In this document: piece after piece, positions 42,337 to 55,050 of the stretch
How positions within the stretch are numbered: position 1 is the first letter of the stretch
Layout of the letters: the number at the start of each line of letters is the position of its first letter
Assembly: GCF_009914755.1 (NCBI RefSeq)
Contig: NC_060932.1
From: the human T2T-CHM13v2.0 reference genome, Homo sapiens
Length of the DNA: 64,000 nucleotides
Strand: one strand, 5' to 3'
Translations under genes and position numbers: made by a program
The notes under the pieces: generated by a model
Told to the model about the DNA's origin: nothing
Databases searched by the model: none
Seen by the model: only the letters and a program-made list of their open reading frames with translations

Positions 42337-44731
42337 CAGGCATATCTTGTTTTATTGCACATTGCCTTATTTTGCTTTGCAGATACTGCATCTTTTGCAA
42401 ATCGGAGTCGTGTGTAACCCTGAATTAGCAAATGTATCAGTCCCATTTTTTCAACAGCATAAACTCACGTTGTGTCTCTCTGTCACACCTTGGTCATTTT
42501 TGTAATATTTGAAAGTTTTTCACAATTATTATATCTGTTATGATGATCTGTGATCTTTGATGTTACTGCTGTCGTTATTTTGGGGTGCCATGAACCACAC
42601 CCATAGTAGGCAGCGAACATATTTGATCAATGTGTGCGTTCTCACTGCTCCACCGACAGGCCATTCACCCATCTCTTCCCCTCTCACCGGGCCTCTCTGT
42701 TCCCTGAGACACAGCAGTATTAAAATAAACAAATTAGTAACCCTACAATGGCCTCTATATGTTCTAGGGAAAGGAAGAGTCACACATCTCTCACTTTAAA
42801 TCAAAAGCTAGAAATGATTAAGCTTAGTGAGGAAATCATGCTGAAAGCTAAGATAAGCCGAAAGTAGCTCTCTTGTGCAAAATACTTAGCCAAGTTATAA
42901 ATACAAAGGAAAATTTTTTGAAGGAAATTAAATAATACTCCAGTAAACACAGGAATGATAAGAAAGGGAAACAGCCTTGTTGCTGATGTAGAGGAAAGTG
43001 TTAGTGCTCTGCGTAGAAGATCAAACCAACCACAACATTCCCTTAAGTCACAGCCTAATCCAGAGTGAGGTCGTAGTTCTCTTCAATTCTACGAAGGCTG
43101 AGAGAAGTGATGAAGCTGCAGAAGAAAAGTTTGAAGCTAGCAGAGATTGGTTGTGAGATTAAAAAACGAAGCCATCTCAGTAACATAAAAGTGCAAGGTT
43201 TGATGCAGCAAGTGCTGATGTAGAAGCTGCAGCAAGTTATCCAGAAAATCTATGTAAGAGAACCGATAAAGGAGAATACGCTAAACAGATGCTTTGACTT
43301 AGACCAAAGAGCTTTACATTGGACAAAAATGGCACCTGAGAGGTGCATAGCTAGAGAGAAGTCAGTGTTTGGTTTCAAAGCTTCAAAGTACAGGCCGACC
43401 CTCTTTGTTAGGGGCTAGTGCAGCTGGTAACTTTATGGTGAAGCCAGTGCCAATTAACCATTCAGAAAATCCTCCTGCTCATAAGAATTATGCTAAATCT
43501 ACTCTGCATGTGCCCTATAAAATACAACAATAAAGCCAGGATGACAGTGCATCTGTCTACAGTATGGCTTACTGAATAGATTAAGCCCACTGTTGAGACC
43601 TACTGATCAGGAAAAAAAAAAAAAAAAAATCTTTTACAATGATACTTCTCATTGACAGTGCACCTGACCACCTAAAATCTCTGGTGAAGATATGCAAGGA
43701 GATTAATGCTGTTTTCATGTCAGCTAACACAATATTCATTCTGCAACCCATGGATCAAGGAGTAATTCTGACTTTCCAGTCTTATTATTTAAGAAATACA
43801 TTTTGAAAGGCTATAGCTGCCAGACATACTGATTCATCTGATGAACTGGGGCAAAATAAATTGAAAACTTTCTAGACAAAATCTAAATGTCATTAAAAAC
43901 ATTCTTGATTCATGGGAGGAAGTCAAAACATCAATATTAACAGGAATTGGACGAAGTTGATCCAACTATCATGGCTAACTTTGAGGAGTTCAAAACATTT
44001 ACTGTTTGGAAGTCACTGCAGACATGGTGGAAATAGCAAAGGAACTAGAATTAGAAGTGGAGCCTGAAGATGTGACTAAATTTTTATGAACTCATGATAA
44101 AACCTGAATGGATAAGGAGTTGCTTCTTATGATGGGCAGACAGTGTGGTTTCTTGAGATGGAGGCTACTCCTACTGTAGATGCTGTGAACATTGTTGAAA
44201 TGACAATAAAGGACTTCGAACAAAACCTAAACTTAATTGATAAAGCAGTGGCAGGAAATGAGATAATTGACTCTAGTTTTTATTAAATTTCTACTGTGGG
44301 TAAAATGGTAACAAACAGAATCTCATGCTACAGAGAAATCTCTCCTGAAAGGAAGAGTCTATCGGTGCAACAAAGTTTGCTGTTGTCGTATCTTAAGAAA
44401 TTGCAACAGCCTCCCCAGCCTTCAGCCACCACCACCCTCGTCGGTCAGCAGTCATCAACAATGAGGACAGACTCTCCACCAGCAAAATACTACGTCTTGT
44501 GAAGCCTCAGATGATCATTAGCATTTTTTAACTCTAAAGTATTTTTAATTAAGATAGGTACATTGTTTTTGTAGACATAATGCTGTTGGACACCTAATAG
44601 ACTATACTGTAGTGTAAACACAACTTTTATATGCACTCAGAAGCCAAAAAATTTATGTGATGCTTTATTGTGATATTCGCTTAACTCCTGTTATCTGCAA
44701 CTTAATCTGCCATATCTCTAAGGTATGCCTG
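42337..44731 (+). mobile_element. Near full-length Tigger1 DNA transposon with disabled transposase
   Basis: 2395 bp. TIRs CAGGCATATCTT / AAGGTATGCCTG flanked by TA. Relic transposase from ATG 42748 (MASICSRERKSHTSLTLNQKLEMIKLSEE) and CTGCAACCCATGGATCAAGGAGTAATT (LQPMDQGVI). Many stops. Confidence 0.95.
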
Positions 44732-45559
44732 TATTTTCATAATTCCAAAACGGATAAATTATTTTAAGATTGTGAAATCTCTTTGATCATACATTAAATA
44801 TTAATTTAATGTTTGCTCCATTATTTTCAGAACTAATCAAACTATTCTGAAAGTTAATAGAAAAAAATTTAGAGAAAGTATTTTTAAATGACAATATTGC
44901 TTTTATCTTATCGGCCTGCTAGCTTCTGTACTTCTCATGAAAAAAAAAAAATAAAAAAGCATGTTCATCAAAATCCTAATGGTTGTTGAAACACAGATTT
45001 GGCAAAATAGAAAAAAAAACAATTCTGTTGAGAAATTTCTCTATGTTTCTTAGATTTTATCAAAAGTTGGACTAACTTAATTCTGTTTTTCTAAACTCAT
45101 ACAGTGAAACTTGGCCAATTTCCTAGATTGACTGGCATTTGAAATTCTGTAACCTTTTTTTGTTAACATTGTATTTTGAGAACATGCAACAGTACACGTT
45201 GTTTTGAAACAATTGTGTTGTAACTGAAGGGGACAGGAGTATTAAACCAAGACAGTTTTCGAAATGGCATATAATTTAAGGATTTGGGGTAGAGCATTGT
45301 TATTACGCAAGTCAAGATCTGTAATCCCTTAAACAATAATATAAATACTGTGAATGTCTGTAGTTTACATTGTTTCACTTACTAATAGCTCATTATGACG
45401 TATGTTAAACCAAGTTAGTTAGATGACCAGAAGAGACTTTGATTCTATCCTGTTATGTTCAAGGAAATCAGAGTAATTAGCACTACAACTCTACACAGAG
45501 AACATAGTGTTACTGGAATATATTGTTCCCTTCAAAATAATTACCGGTATCCATTATAC

Positions 45560-46110
45560 AAATTGAAGGCATTCCATAATGTCCACTGTACTCTCCAAGA
45601 AAACAAAAGTTTGCTTTTGTTTAGTATTATGCCCTTGTGGCTAGAACAGTATCTGATGCCTAGCAGGTGCTATAGAAACATTTCTTGAAATGAATAAATT
45701 ATAGCATAAATACATAAGATGCTACAGTTGAGATGGAGAGAATTCAAGCATGTTGAAATATCATTTGTTGGCAAAACTGCCAGGATTGTTGATAGATATT
45801 TGGAGGACAGAGATACGTGAAAAAGAACAAAAGAATATTCCTAATATATGATTTTTTTTGACTAGGTAGATAGGAACATTTACGGAAACGGAAATATATT
45901 TCAATAGGGTTTAATATGTTTGGTTAAATAAAGAAGAGTGGTATTCAGGTGAAAATAATAATTATGAAATAAAATACGTCATTTGGGGGCCCCAAGACAA
46001 GGTTTTCATTGACATTTTGAACTCTCAAGAGTTTGATGCTGTAGTTTAATGCGTCAAACAATAATTTGATGGAGCTGCTCAGAGTGAGTGCGTAAAAAGA
46101 GAAAGAGAGA
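45560..46110. mobile_element. L2 fragments
   Basis: CTAGAACAGTATCTGATGCCTAGCAGGTGCT (sense 3' end) followed by a purine-rich antisense piece. Confidence 0.45.
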
Positions 46111-48012
46111 CAACTTTCCCTTCATGAGAGCTCTCAGTTCAACTACGTTTATGAGCAGGTCAATGCAGTCAATCTCATAAAAGGACACCTCAGAGAATAA
46201 CCAGGAAAAAGAAATTCCAGACTAACTCCAACATTCTGCCTCTGTAACAGTTTGCCACAGGAGCCCAAAATCTAGGAGATAGTGACAAGTTAGATAAGGG
46301 TATTCATCACAAAGCCTTCCAACTGAATCAAAATAAATTTAAATGCATCATCAACAAAGCAGGAGAACAGTTTTTAATTACTCAAGAAGCTTTGAGGTTA
46401 ACTGAAGGCACTAAGGTAGAAACAGAACAGCTTCCAGACATTTCTAGCAGTCTACCATAGTAAAGCTTTGTTCCTAAGGAGGCCTTTGCATCCAAAATAC
46501 TCTCTGCAAAAAAAGAAGTTTTATGATATTGCCTGTCCTATGTTCTATAGAATCAAATGCCTGGGAGGCATGACTTCTATTAAACGCTGGGAAAATATAA
46601 ATCAAAATCACAACAGGAGCCAGATAAACTTAAGCCTCAGTTTACACATTTATAAATTAGGGCTCATTTCTCTGACCTTGCACAATTCTTTGGGATTTAG
46701 AATGTGTAAAATACCTTCCATAGTACGAAGCACTTAAAAGGATCTCAGAAAATGTGATTCTAATCATGAATATCTCCATTCAGGTTTTTAGTGTGCATGT
46801 CACATCATAATTGTCCTCAAGAATAAAACATGATTATTCTCTAAAGAGGACATGATAACTTACATTGTTCTTGAAACTCCAGGTAGTTTTCCCATTGATT
46901 ATGCCTAAATGAAAGTCAAAGATAACCTTGAAGCCTCCCCTCTAATGTGAAAATTTTGGAAACTAGATTTCTGCAATTTTTCTAGAAAAGTATTTTTTTC
47001 AATTTTTTAAAAGTTTCAGTGGCATCTGGTATTGGATCTGCACATTTGATTCTGCTCTTCTGAGTATATATAAAAAAAAAGAAAACATAAATGACCCTGC
47101 TTAGAATACGCTAGTACCTGTGAGATCGCTGTAAAGCTAAGGAGTCTAGAGATGGAATTTAGAGTGCGGATATTCTTCATTTAGGCAACAAGAAGAGACC
47201 CTTGAACTTTCTCCATTAGGATTATTTCACTGAAGTCATCTGTGGATATTCATAAGATTCATGAACTCGAATGGGGAAAATAATTACACATTTATGTTCA
47301 ATCAGCTTTAACTAACAGGTGGCTTTCCTTTCAATTATATAGACAACAAACCACAGAAGAATGGGCAGTATCTTTGTGTCTTACCAAGGACAATTACAGA
47401 TATTTTCACATTATGTTACAAGCATTTTGAAACAATGTTTACACTCACCACTACTCTGAAATTAAGGTGTCATCTCCAGGCTATGTATTTTGATGAAAAC
47501 ACCACAGCCTCCGCATTTACTGGTAAATCTATAACAAATTTTACTTTGAGAGTAAAAGAAAAAAATGCCTACTTGACGGACATGCTCTATCTACAGGGGA
47601 AGCTTCTGTTCCTGATTGTGAACTATTGTAGCTCTCAGGTAGTGTCACACACACAGGAAATACTTCTTGGACTGCATGCTCTGCCAGCACTGACCACCAA
47701 GTACTTCCAGGTCAAGCTAGTCCCCTGCCCTCGCATCGCCAAAACTCCTCCCTTCAGGGTAGGTGTCTCAGCTTGAAATCACCATTACTGTGACTCGTTG
47801 TCCCTCACTCCTACTGAATTACCAAAGCCCTACAGGATGGATATAATGTTGAATTTTCATTTATATTGCATCTCAAAATATAGTGCAGTACCAGAATTAG
47901 AAACAAAAATGCAATTTAAAATGATAAATACATTTGGTAAATTAGGTAATAATTCATTACCCTCCTGCTTCTACCCCCCAGAAAAAATAAAGAAAAAACA
48001 CAGGAAACATAG

Positions 48013-48013
<1 letters not shown>

Positions 48014-48058
<45 letters not shown>

Positions 48059-48310
48059 ATATATATGTGTATATATATATAATATTATAAGATATAATAT
48101 ACTTACAAATTATATTTATAATATATATTATAGATAATCCTATATGTTATAATATCATATATTATATATCATACTGTGATAAGAATTCTTTCTTTAATAT
48201 GTGAAAAACTACCTACTCTGACATTTTATATGTATGATATATAATATATATTTTAGTATATTACATATTATATATATTTACATATAATATATCATATATA
48301 TATAAAATGT
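48014..48310. repeat. (TG)n microsatellite plus (TA)-rich low complexity
   Basis: Directly visible TG run at 48014-48048, then TA-rich sequence. Confidence 0.9.
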
Positions 48311-50071
48311 CAGGGTAAGTAGTTTCTCTCATATTGAAAAATAAATAATGAGGAATCCTTATCACAGCATCAAAACACAGAGCAACCAAATCAGTGTTTT
48401 TCACCGACTTGTAACCAAGAACACCTTTGTGATTAATATGAAAATCAAATGCTGTCTTCTTCAGTTGATAGTCTTTGATCTGCAGAAATTACAGTTTCTC
48501 CTTCAAGTATCTCTATTAGCCAAGAAAATTTTAAGATGGTCATTTTGTATATAATCAGTTTCATTTTCAATTTTTCAAATAGGTCTTATAAAATTGACTA
48601 AAAAATTGTATTCTACCCCTTCTCCTTACGAATTCCAAAGTGGCCAAGCGGTACTGCTCTGAATAGCACCATGAAAACACAGAAAGATGACATGTTTGTA
48701 AGGATGAACATTTGAGAAATCTCACCAGCATTCAAAAGGCAGGTAATAATCAACAACAAGCCAAGAAAGACATTTGCCTCCACCATACTGTAAATAGAGG
48801 TGGTACAGGGAAATGGTCGCAATAGTAGATGTACTTGTTATATTATTGGGTTATTATGTAAGGATGTGGCTTGGCATGATTTAGTATAAGAAGAGAACAG
48901 ATAGACTATCAGCTTAACAAGAGATGGTAAAGCACTGTTGTTCTCCAAATAAGAGTTATTACATATATATATATGTGTGTGTGTGTGTATTATATACAAT
49001 ATTATATTATGTATTATATAATATATATAATTGCAAGATAATTAACTTTATGTATGAAAAACATTTTTAATATATGGACTTTCAAAATCTTAAAGTAAAT
49101 TGCCAACATACATTTTTTAGATATTTCTGTTTTGATATCCTGAAAAGGAAGAAATACAACTCCTTCTGGCCTCAACAGAATTCTAACTAAAAGTTGAGAT
49201 GGAGCGTGTCTTTTCAAAGTCCATCAATGACTGTAAAATTTAAAAGGAACTGTTTTTACTTGAAATAAACTGAAAATTTATAAAGTTTTATCGCCAACCT
49301 TTCAGGTTTGCTATAAAAGTTGAAAAAAATGCAAAGGAAATGGAACTTACACCTACTATTAACAATAGTAAAAATAGATACTCATATTTAACTAGAGCAT
49401 TATGGGCTAGAAAGGAAATCGCTCCTCAAGAGGTTTTAAACATACACTTAGATTTTAAATTTCTGTGATTTCATCAGCATTTGGAATGTTATGAGGAGAA
49501 ATTGATTTGTAAATAGTGGCAATGGAAGCTTTCCGGAGTTGAATACAGCCTACATTTCTCTTGTTTTAAAAAATGCGTCTTTGTCTTTCATTTTTCTTAC
49601 AAGATTTCCTTTCAATAAAATATTTCACTCTGCTCTTATTCACCAATCACCTTGCTCTTTTTTCAGGTCTCACATTAATTTTCATGATGAAGTTAACTTA
49701 ATGCCTTCAACATTTTAACTAACTAGTCCTACTTATTTAGTTTTAGAAAGTGCAGTATTTATAGTAGCATTCATTATGCTAATACTATTTTAAGTTTCAT
49801 TTTGGGACTTAAACAGAATATTTGGAAAGAGTCTATTTTTTTAAAATCTAAAGCATTGGTTCTCTGTCATATGCACACTACAAAAATTATGAAATTAATT
49901 CAAATTAAAATCGATGTTCAAATAAAAATTATATCAATTTACAAAAATATGATACCCCTTTCAATTCTTTATGATTTAATCTCAAAACAAGTCTGATGTG
50001 ATTCTTGAATTTTAAGATAATTTATTTAAGGGTGTCAGTAAATACTACAAACACCTCAACTTATTAGTTTT

Positions 50072-51710
50072 TTGTTTTTTACTTTTTAAATGATTTTATG
50101 TGCAAATAATGAACAGGTGTTTTACCCATAAATTCTACTTTCTAAAAACAGATGCTTTCTAAAAGAAAAACCACATAATAACTTTTAAAAGGCACTGGGA
50201 TTCCTCTGCTTCTAGATCATTGCTAGGCTGGAAAAATAAAGTTGGTTCCACCAGAAATCACAAGTTAGAACTGAATATTCTCCAAAGTGGAAATTCTAGA
50301 GTGTAATGTCACTCCAGGCAAAGATTATTCAGTTCTCACCCCAACATCCACAACTCCCTATCAGAAGGGTTAAACCAGGTCAAAACAGTCCAGCATAATG
50401 AGGCTTCATCAAACAATGTCATTATGCTCTTCTAAGCTGCAAATAAACCAAAACAGGAAATACTAAAATCAAAATAATATTTGACGCTGTCATACAAATT
50501 GTTAATTCCTTGTTGTATCCTCCCTTCTACAACATTAATAAAGGGAATATTTTACTGCAAAGAAGATTTTATTTTATACATCACTAGCCATGAATTTTTG
50601 CCATTAGTTATTATACAAATGATGCCAGTGCCGTTATCCAAATGACATAACAATTTTACATCCACAATTCATTTCTATAGTGATAAGTAGAATTTTTATG
50701 ATTTACTTAAATCATAAGTATCAGATGTACTGATAGATAAGTACATCTATCAGTGAAGATTTAACACTGAAATGCAATCTAACACCCGTAATATCTGATG
50801 TTTTGTACATGGCAATGTAGGAGACATATATTGTAATCACTTTTCATTTAAGTGACCTTATGTAAAAAATAAAGTTTTTTAACTTTAGATTAGAAGATAA
50901 TCATCTGACTAAACACAATTTGATTATTTTTAAATAAACAAAACTTCGTCTAATTCAAAATATGGAATATGGAATCTATTCCCATAGTAGACATGTAGCA
51001 ATTTCATTTTGGATGATCTTATCTCATTTCATTTACAAAAAAATGTATCCTTCACATTCCTAGAATAGTCTTTGTTAGTGCAAGTGGTTTAGTGAAAGTT
51101 TAGTAAACTGGTAAATTTAATAATTTACCAGTTCCAAGTCTCCAAAGGGCATTTTCAGAGATTTGTAAGAAACATCTTCTATCTCCACATCCTTTTGTAA
51201 CTGCTGTACCATTTTCTCTTCCACCTGTTACCATTTGCCTGCAAGAGGGGTTTGGAGAAGATGGATGTTTTGCTTGACTTCTTTGATATCCTAAACTTTC
51301 TGTAGCTCTTTATTTTTCTTCCATCTGTTCATTATAAATTTAGCTTGGCTTTTCTGTTTGATCTCTTCAACTCTCTTCATTGCATCCATAGATTTATTCC
51401 ATAGCTCTCGCTGGTATTTGATAGGTTTTTCAGATTCTACGTCTTGCAAATTCAAATGAATTATCCACTGTAAGATCTTTACCAGCTGCTTTCCGAAATG
51501 CTTTGGTCCACCAACTTTGCGAGGATTGCACTTCTTTTTAAAGTTTCTTATAACACTAAGCTTGACAAAATCTGAACAGCTTGCAATCACTGCAGACGAA
51601 CATCATGCCATGGCCAGGGTAGATGGGCCCCGAACGGAAATAATACTTCTCGATAAGCATGTTGAACACGCCTGGGTCCCCACCAACCAAATGCCAAGCT
51701 TGAGAGGAAG
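50072..51710 (-). pseudogene. RSL24D1P: Processed pseudogene of RSL24D1 (ribosome biogenesis factor RLP24), full length
   Basis: ATG at 51660-51658 gives [32 protein letters not shown]; later [46 protein letters not shown] matches RSL24D1. Intronless, with frameshifts and a premature TAG at 51293-51291. 5' end CTTCCTCTC, long 3' UTR, poly(A) remnant at 50068-50080. TSD TCAACTTATTA(G/C)TTTT at 50056-50071 and 51711-51726, with a TTTT/AA endonuclease site. The paralog number cannot be determined. Confidence 0.95.
50890..51108 (-). repeat. Inverted duplicate of 52087-52299
   Basis: Manual alignment to the reverse complement of 52087-52299 shows about 8 substitutions and 2 indels. Confidence 0.95.
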
Positions 51711-52754
51711 TCAACTTATTACTTTTAAAGAGGGTTCTAAAACACACAGTTTATATTATTTGACACCCATGAAATGGGAATTGAACAAATTTCTTTGAAA
51801 TAAATAGCTATGCTTCAACATTTTCAGGTGTCTTGGGTTTATTCAGTTCTCTTTATCTGGTTGGAACGCCAGTTTGCTCAGGGCAGGACTCTGTGGAACT
51901 CATTCACCCATGGGCCTTAAGCATCTGGGACAGTGCTTGGAACAAACAGGATCCCTGCTTGCTCTTTGGCTGCCTGATATTCTGAATGGACTGAAGTAAA
52001 ACAAAGTGAGAGAGAAGAAAAAATACATTCCACTTTGTAGCTGCTTATTATAAGGTAGGCTCTCTATATTTAATATTTAGGAATATGTTTACTAAATTTT
52101 CACTAAGCCACTTGCACTAACAAAGACTATTCTAGGAATGTGAAAGATACTATTTTTTTGTAAATGAAATGAGATAAGATCATCCAAAATGAAACTGCTA
52201 CATGTCTACTATGGGAATAGATTCCACATTTTGAATTAGATGAAGTTTTGTTTATTTAAAAATAATCAAATCGCGTTTAGTCAGATGATTATCTTCTAAA
52301 ACCTGTGTTCCTCATAATTTGCCAAAATCGATGAATAATTTAATATATCTGTATTCTAATGGTTTGAGATCTGCCACGGATTTGAATATATTCCCCTTGT
52401 AGAGAGCAAGTTTTATCACACTGAAAAGGATGACTTAGTTTTTGGTTATCTTTTAACATTTCTGCCCTTCTGTAACAGCAAGCGTAGCGTTAAAGGCTTT
52501 CTTCTATATTAATGAATAATACAAAATCAATGCAGCTTGTATTATTAAATGTGCATTTTGTGAACATTTTGTTAAAGTAGACTTATTCCATTTTCTGCTG
52601 ATGGGAATTTTTGGCCCTCGGTGCTAAAACCTTCAGCTCCGCTCTTTAACTCCACAGCAATAACAACCTCACCTCCCTCATGAGATTATTTCCTAACACC
52701 TTTATTATTCTTCCTGAAGTCTGCTTTGCTATTAACATAAAACCACTGAGCAAG

Positions 52755-52955
52755 TGGTTGAGTGTCACTTCTGTCGCTTAGTAAACGTATGACGCTTGGA
52801 AACTTAACTAACTTCTTGGGACTTAATTTCTTCCTCTGTAGAAGAGATGAAAATAATAGAGCCCAACTCCAAACACTGATCCAAAGATTAGAGGAGTTCA
52901 TATATGCAGTGCCCTTGGAAAAGGCCCCGGCATACGGGGATTGCTCCGTGTGTAT
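52755..52955 (+). mobile_element. MIR
   Basis: ATGACGCTTGGAAACTTAACTAACTTCTTGGGACTTAATTTCTTCCTCTGTAGAAGAGATGAAAATAATAG. Confidence 0.65.
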
Positions 52956-53249
52956 TTGTGGTTGATGGTACTTTCATTTAGTCTCCTCTGGAATAAGTAT
53001 TAGTCTAAAAAACTCTAAATAAAGTCTTTGTCTTCTCTGGAATAAGTATTAGTCTCCTCTGAAAATGGAAAATCAGTTATTGTTATGTCTCTCATATGAA
53101 AGAGAGCAAACAGACAGTGCCTACTAAAGGCATATTGATCTTGTGATTGGTTATTATGCATTCTCCTTCAACAGAACATGTGGAAAGATGGGAATACTTT
53201 GGAATACTCTGCTTAAGAGGAATTGGTATGCATTGTTAACTGTCAAACA

Positions 53250-53391
53250 ACAGAGGAAGAAATTGAGTCCAAAGAAGTTCGTCGAGTTTCCCAGGATCAT
53301 ACATTTACTAAGTGAGAGAACTGAGATTCAACCATCAGCTCAGTGGTTTTATGTTAATAGCAATGCAGATTTCAAGAAGAATAAAGGTGTT
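53250..53391 (-). repeat. Inverted duplicate of 52695-52839
   Basis: Manual alignment gives about 86% identity; also visible as paralogous peptides in ORFs 52686-52901(-) and 53143-53451(+). Confidence 0.9.
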
Positions 53392-54349
53392 CAATCGACA
53401 ATACATTGTCAAACATGTTTCCATGTAAAATCAACTGGGGTTTTACACTAGAGACAGAGGCCTTAGGTCTCATTTAGGTTGTTTCATTAGGACCTTCCAT
53501 AGCATTTACTTAAACTACCCAATAAAAAACATTTACACAACTACAATAGAGTTGTATGTTTTTATTAAAATATGTATCATAAATTGATTAACATCTGTCA
53601 TATAGATTTATACAACACATTAAGTTTTATATTGCAAATATAAGAGGTTTTACTTTTGTCCCGGAAAAGTGGATGTAGCTATCCAGAGTACTCATTATAT
53701 CTTTCTAGACAAATATTCTCTTAAAATAATGAGTATTTTATTACTGTTTTAGAGCAAGAGAGAGCGAGAGAGAGAGACAGAGCAATGTCAAATTTGAACA
53801 TAGGACACTTTGGTGACTTTAGTAATCCAGTAATTTCTGAAAAAGATACATTATAGAGTTACTGAATTCCCAATATGGATCCAAAGGAAATAATATCAAA
53901 GCGAGATTTCATCGCAATGTGCACGATTATAGAATCTTTTTACCATGTGTGCAATACACTCATCTCACATTATGCATTCTGTGAGATTTCATCCCATAGT
54001 AAACTTGTTGCCCCCACAATTTATAAAGACTATGTCCTCTTAAAATTACATATATTGTCCAAATACTTAGAGATGTGAAGTATGTAATACTTTTTATTAT
54101 GAATGTTTAAAAGCTGATTTAACAGAAGCCCAACATTTAGAATCTTTTCAGTATTAAAAATAATATATCTGATTTGTGCACTATCCAGTAACAGACAAAC
54201 CCTGTTACTTTATGCATTTGAAACAGTTTTGGAAAATAGAGTTACATATTATATGACTTTCCAAATTTCCATTAGACAGAGGTAAAACTATATATCGTTC
54301 TATTGATACATTTCATTCTTAGAATCTAGACGGTTGCTAAGGCATGTCA

Positions 54350-54351
<2 letters not shown>

Positions 54352-54388
<37 letters not shown>
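54352..54388. repeat. Pure poly(T)37 tract
   Basis: Directly counted. Confidence 0.95.
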
Positions 54389-54391
<3 letters not shown>

Positions 54392-54393
54392 GA

Positions 54394-55050
<657 letters not shown>

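Noticed and set aside
42748-44520. TIGD1-like domesticated transposase gene
   Set aside because: Multiple stops and frameshifts; no ORF over 80 aa in the track.
48583-48687. Exon-like segment (TTTTCAAATAG acceptor, GTAAG donor)
   Set aside because: All three frames contain stops and no partner exons are identifiable; a non-coding exon cannot be supported without transcript data.
51291-51747. RSL24D1-like ORFs as a functional retrogene
   Set aside because: Homology is split over frames by frameshifts, with a premature stop and substitution of N-terminal cysteines.
52515-52545. 10-bp inverted repeat AATAATACAA/TTGTATTATT
   Set aside because: Short and AT-rich; plausible by chance in 64 kb.
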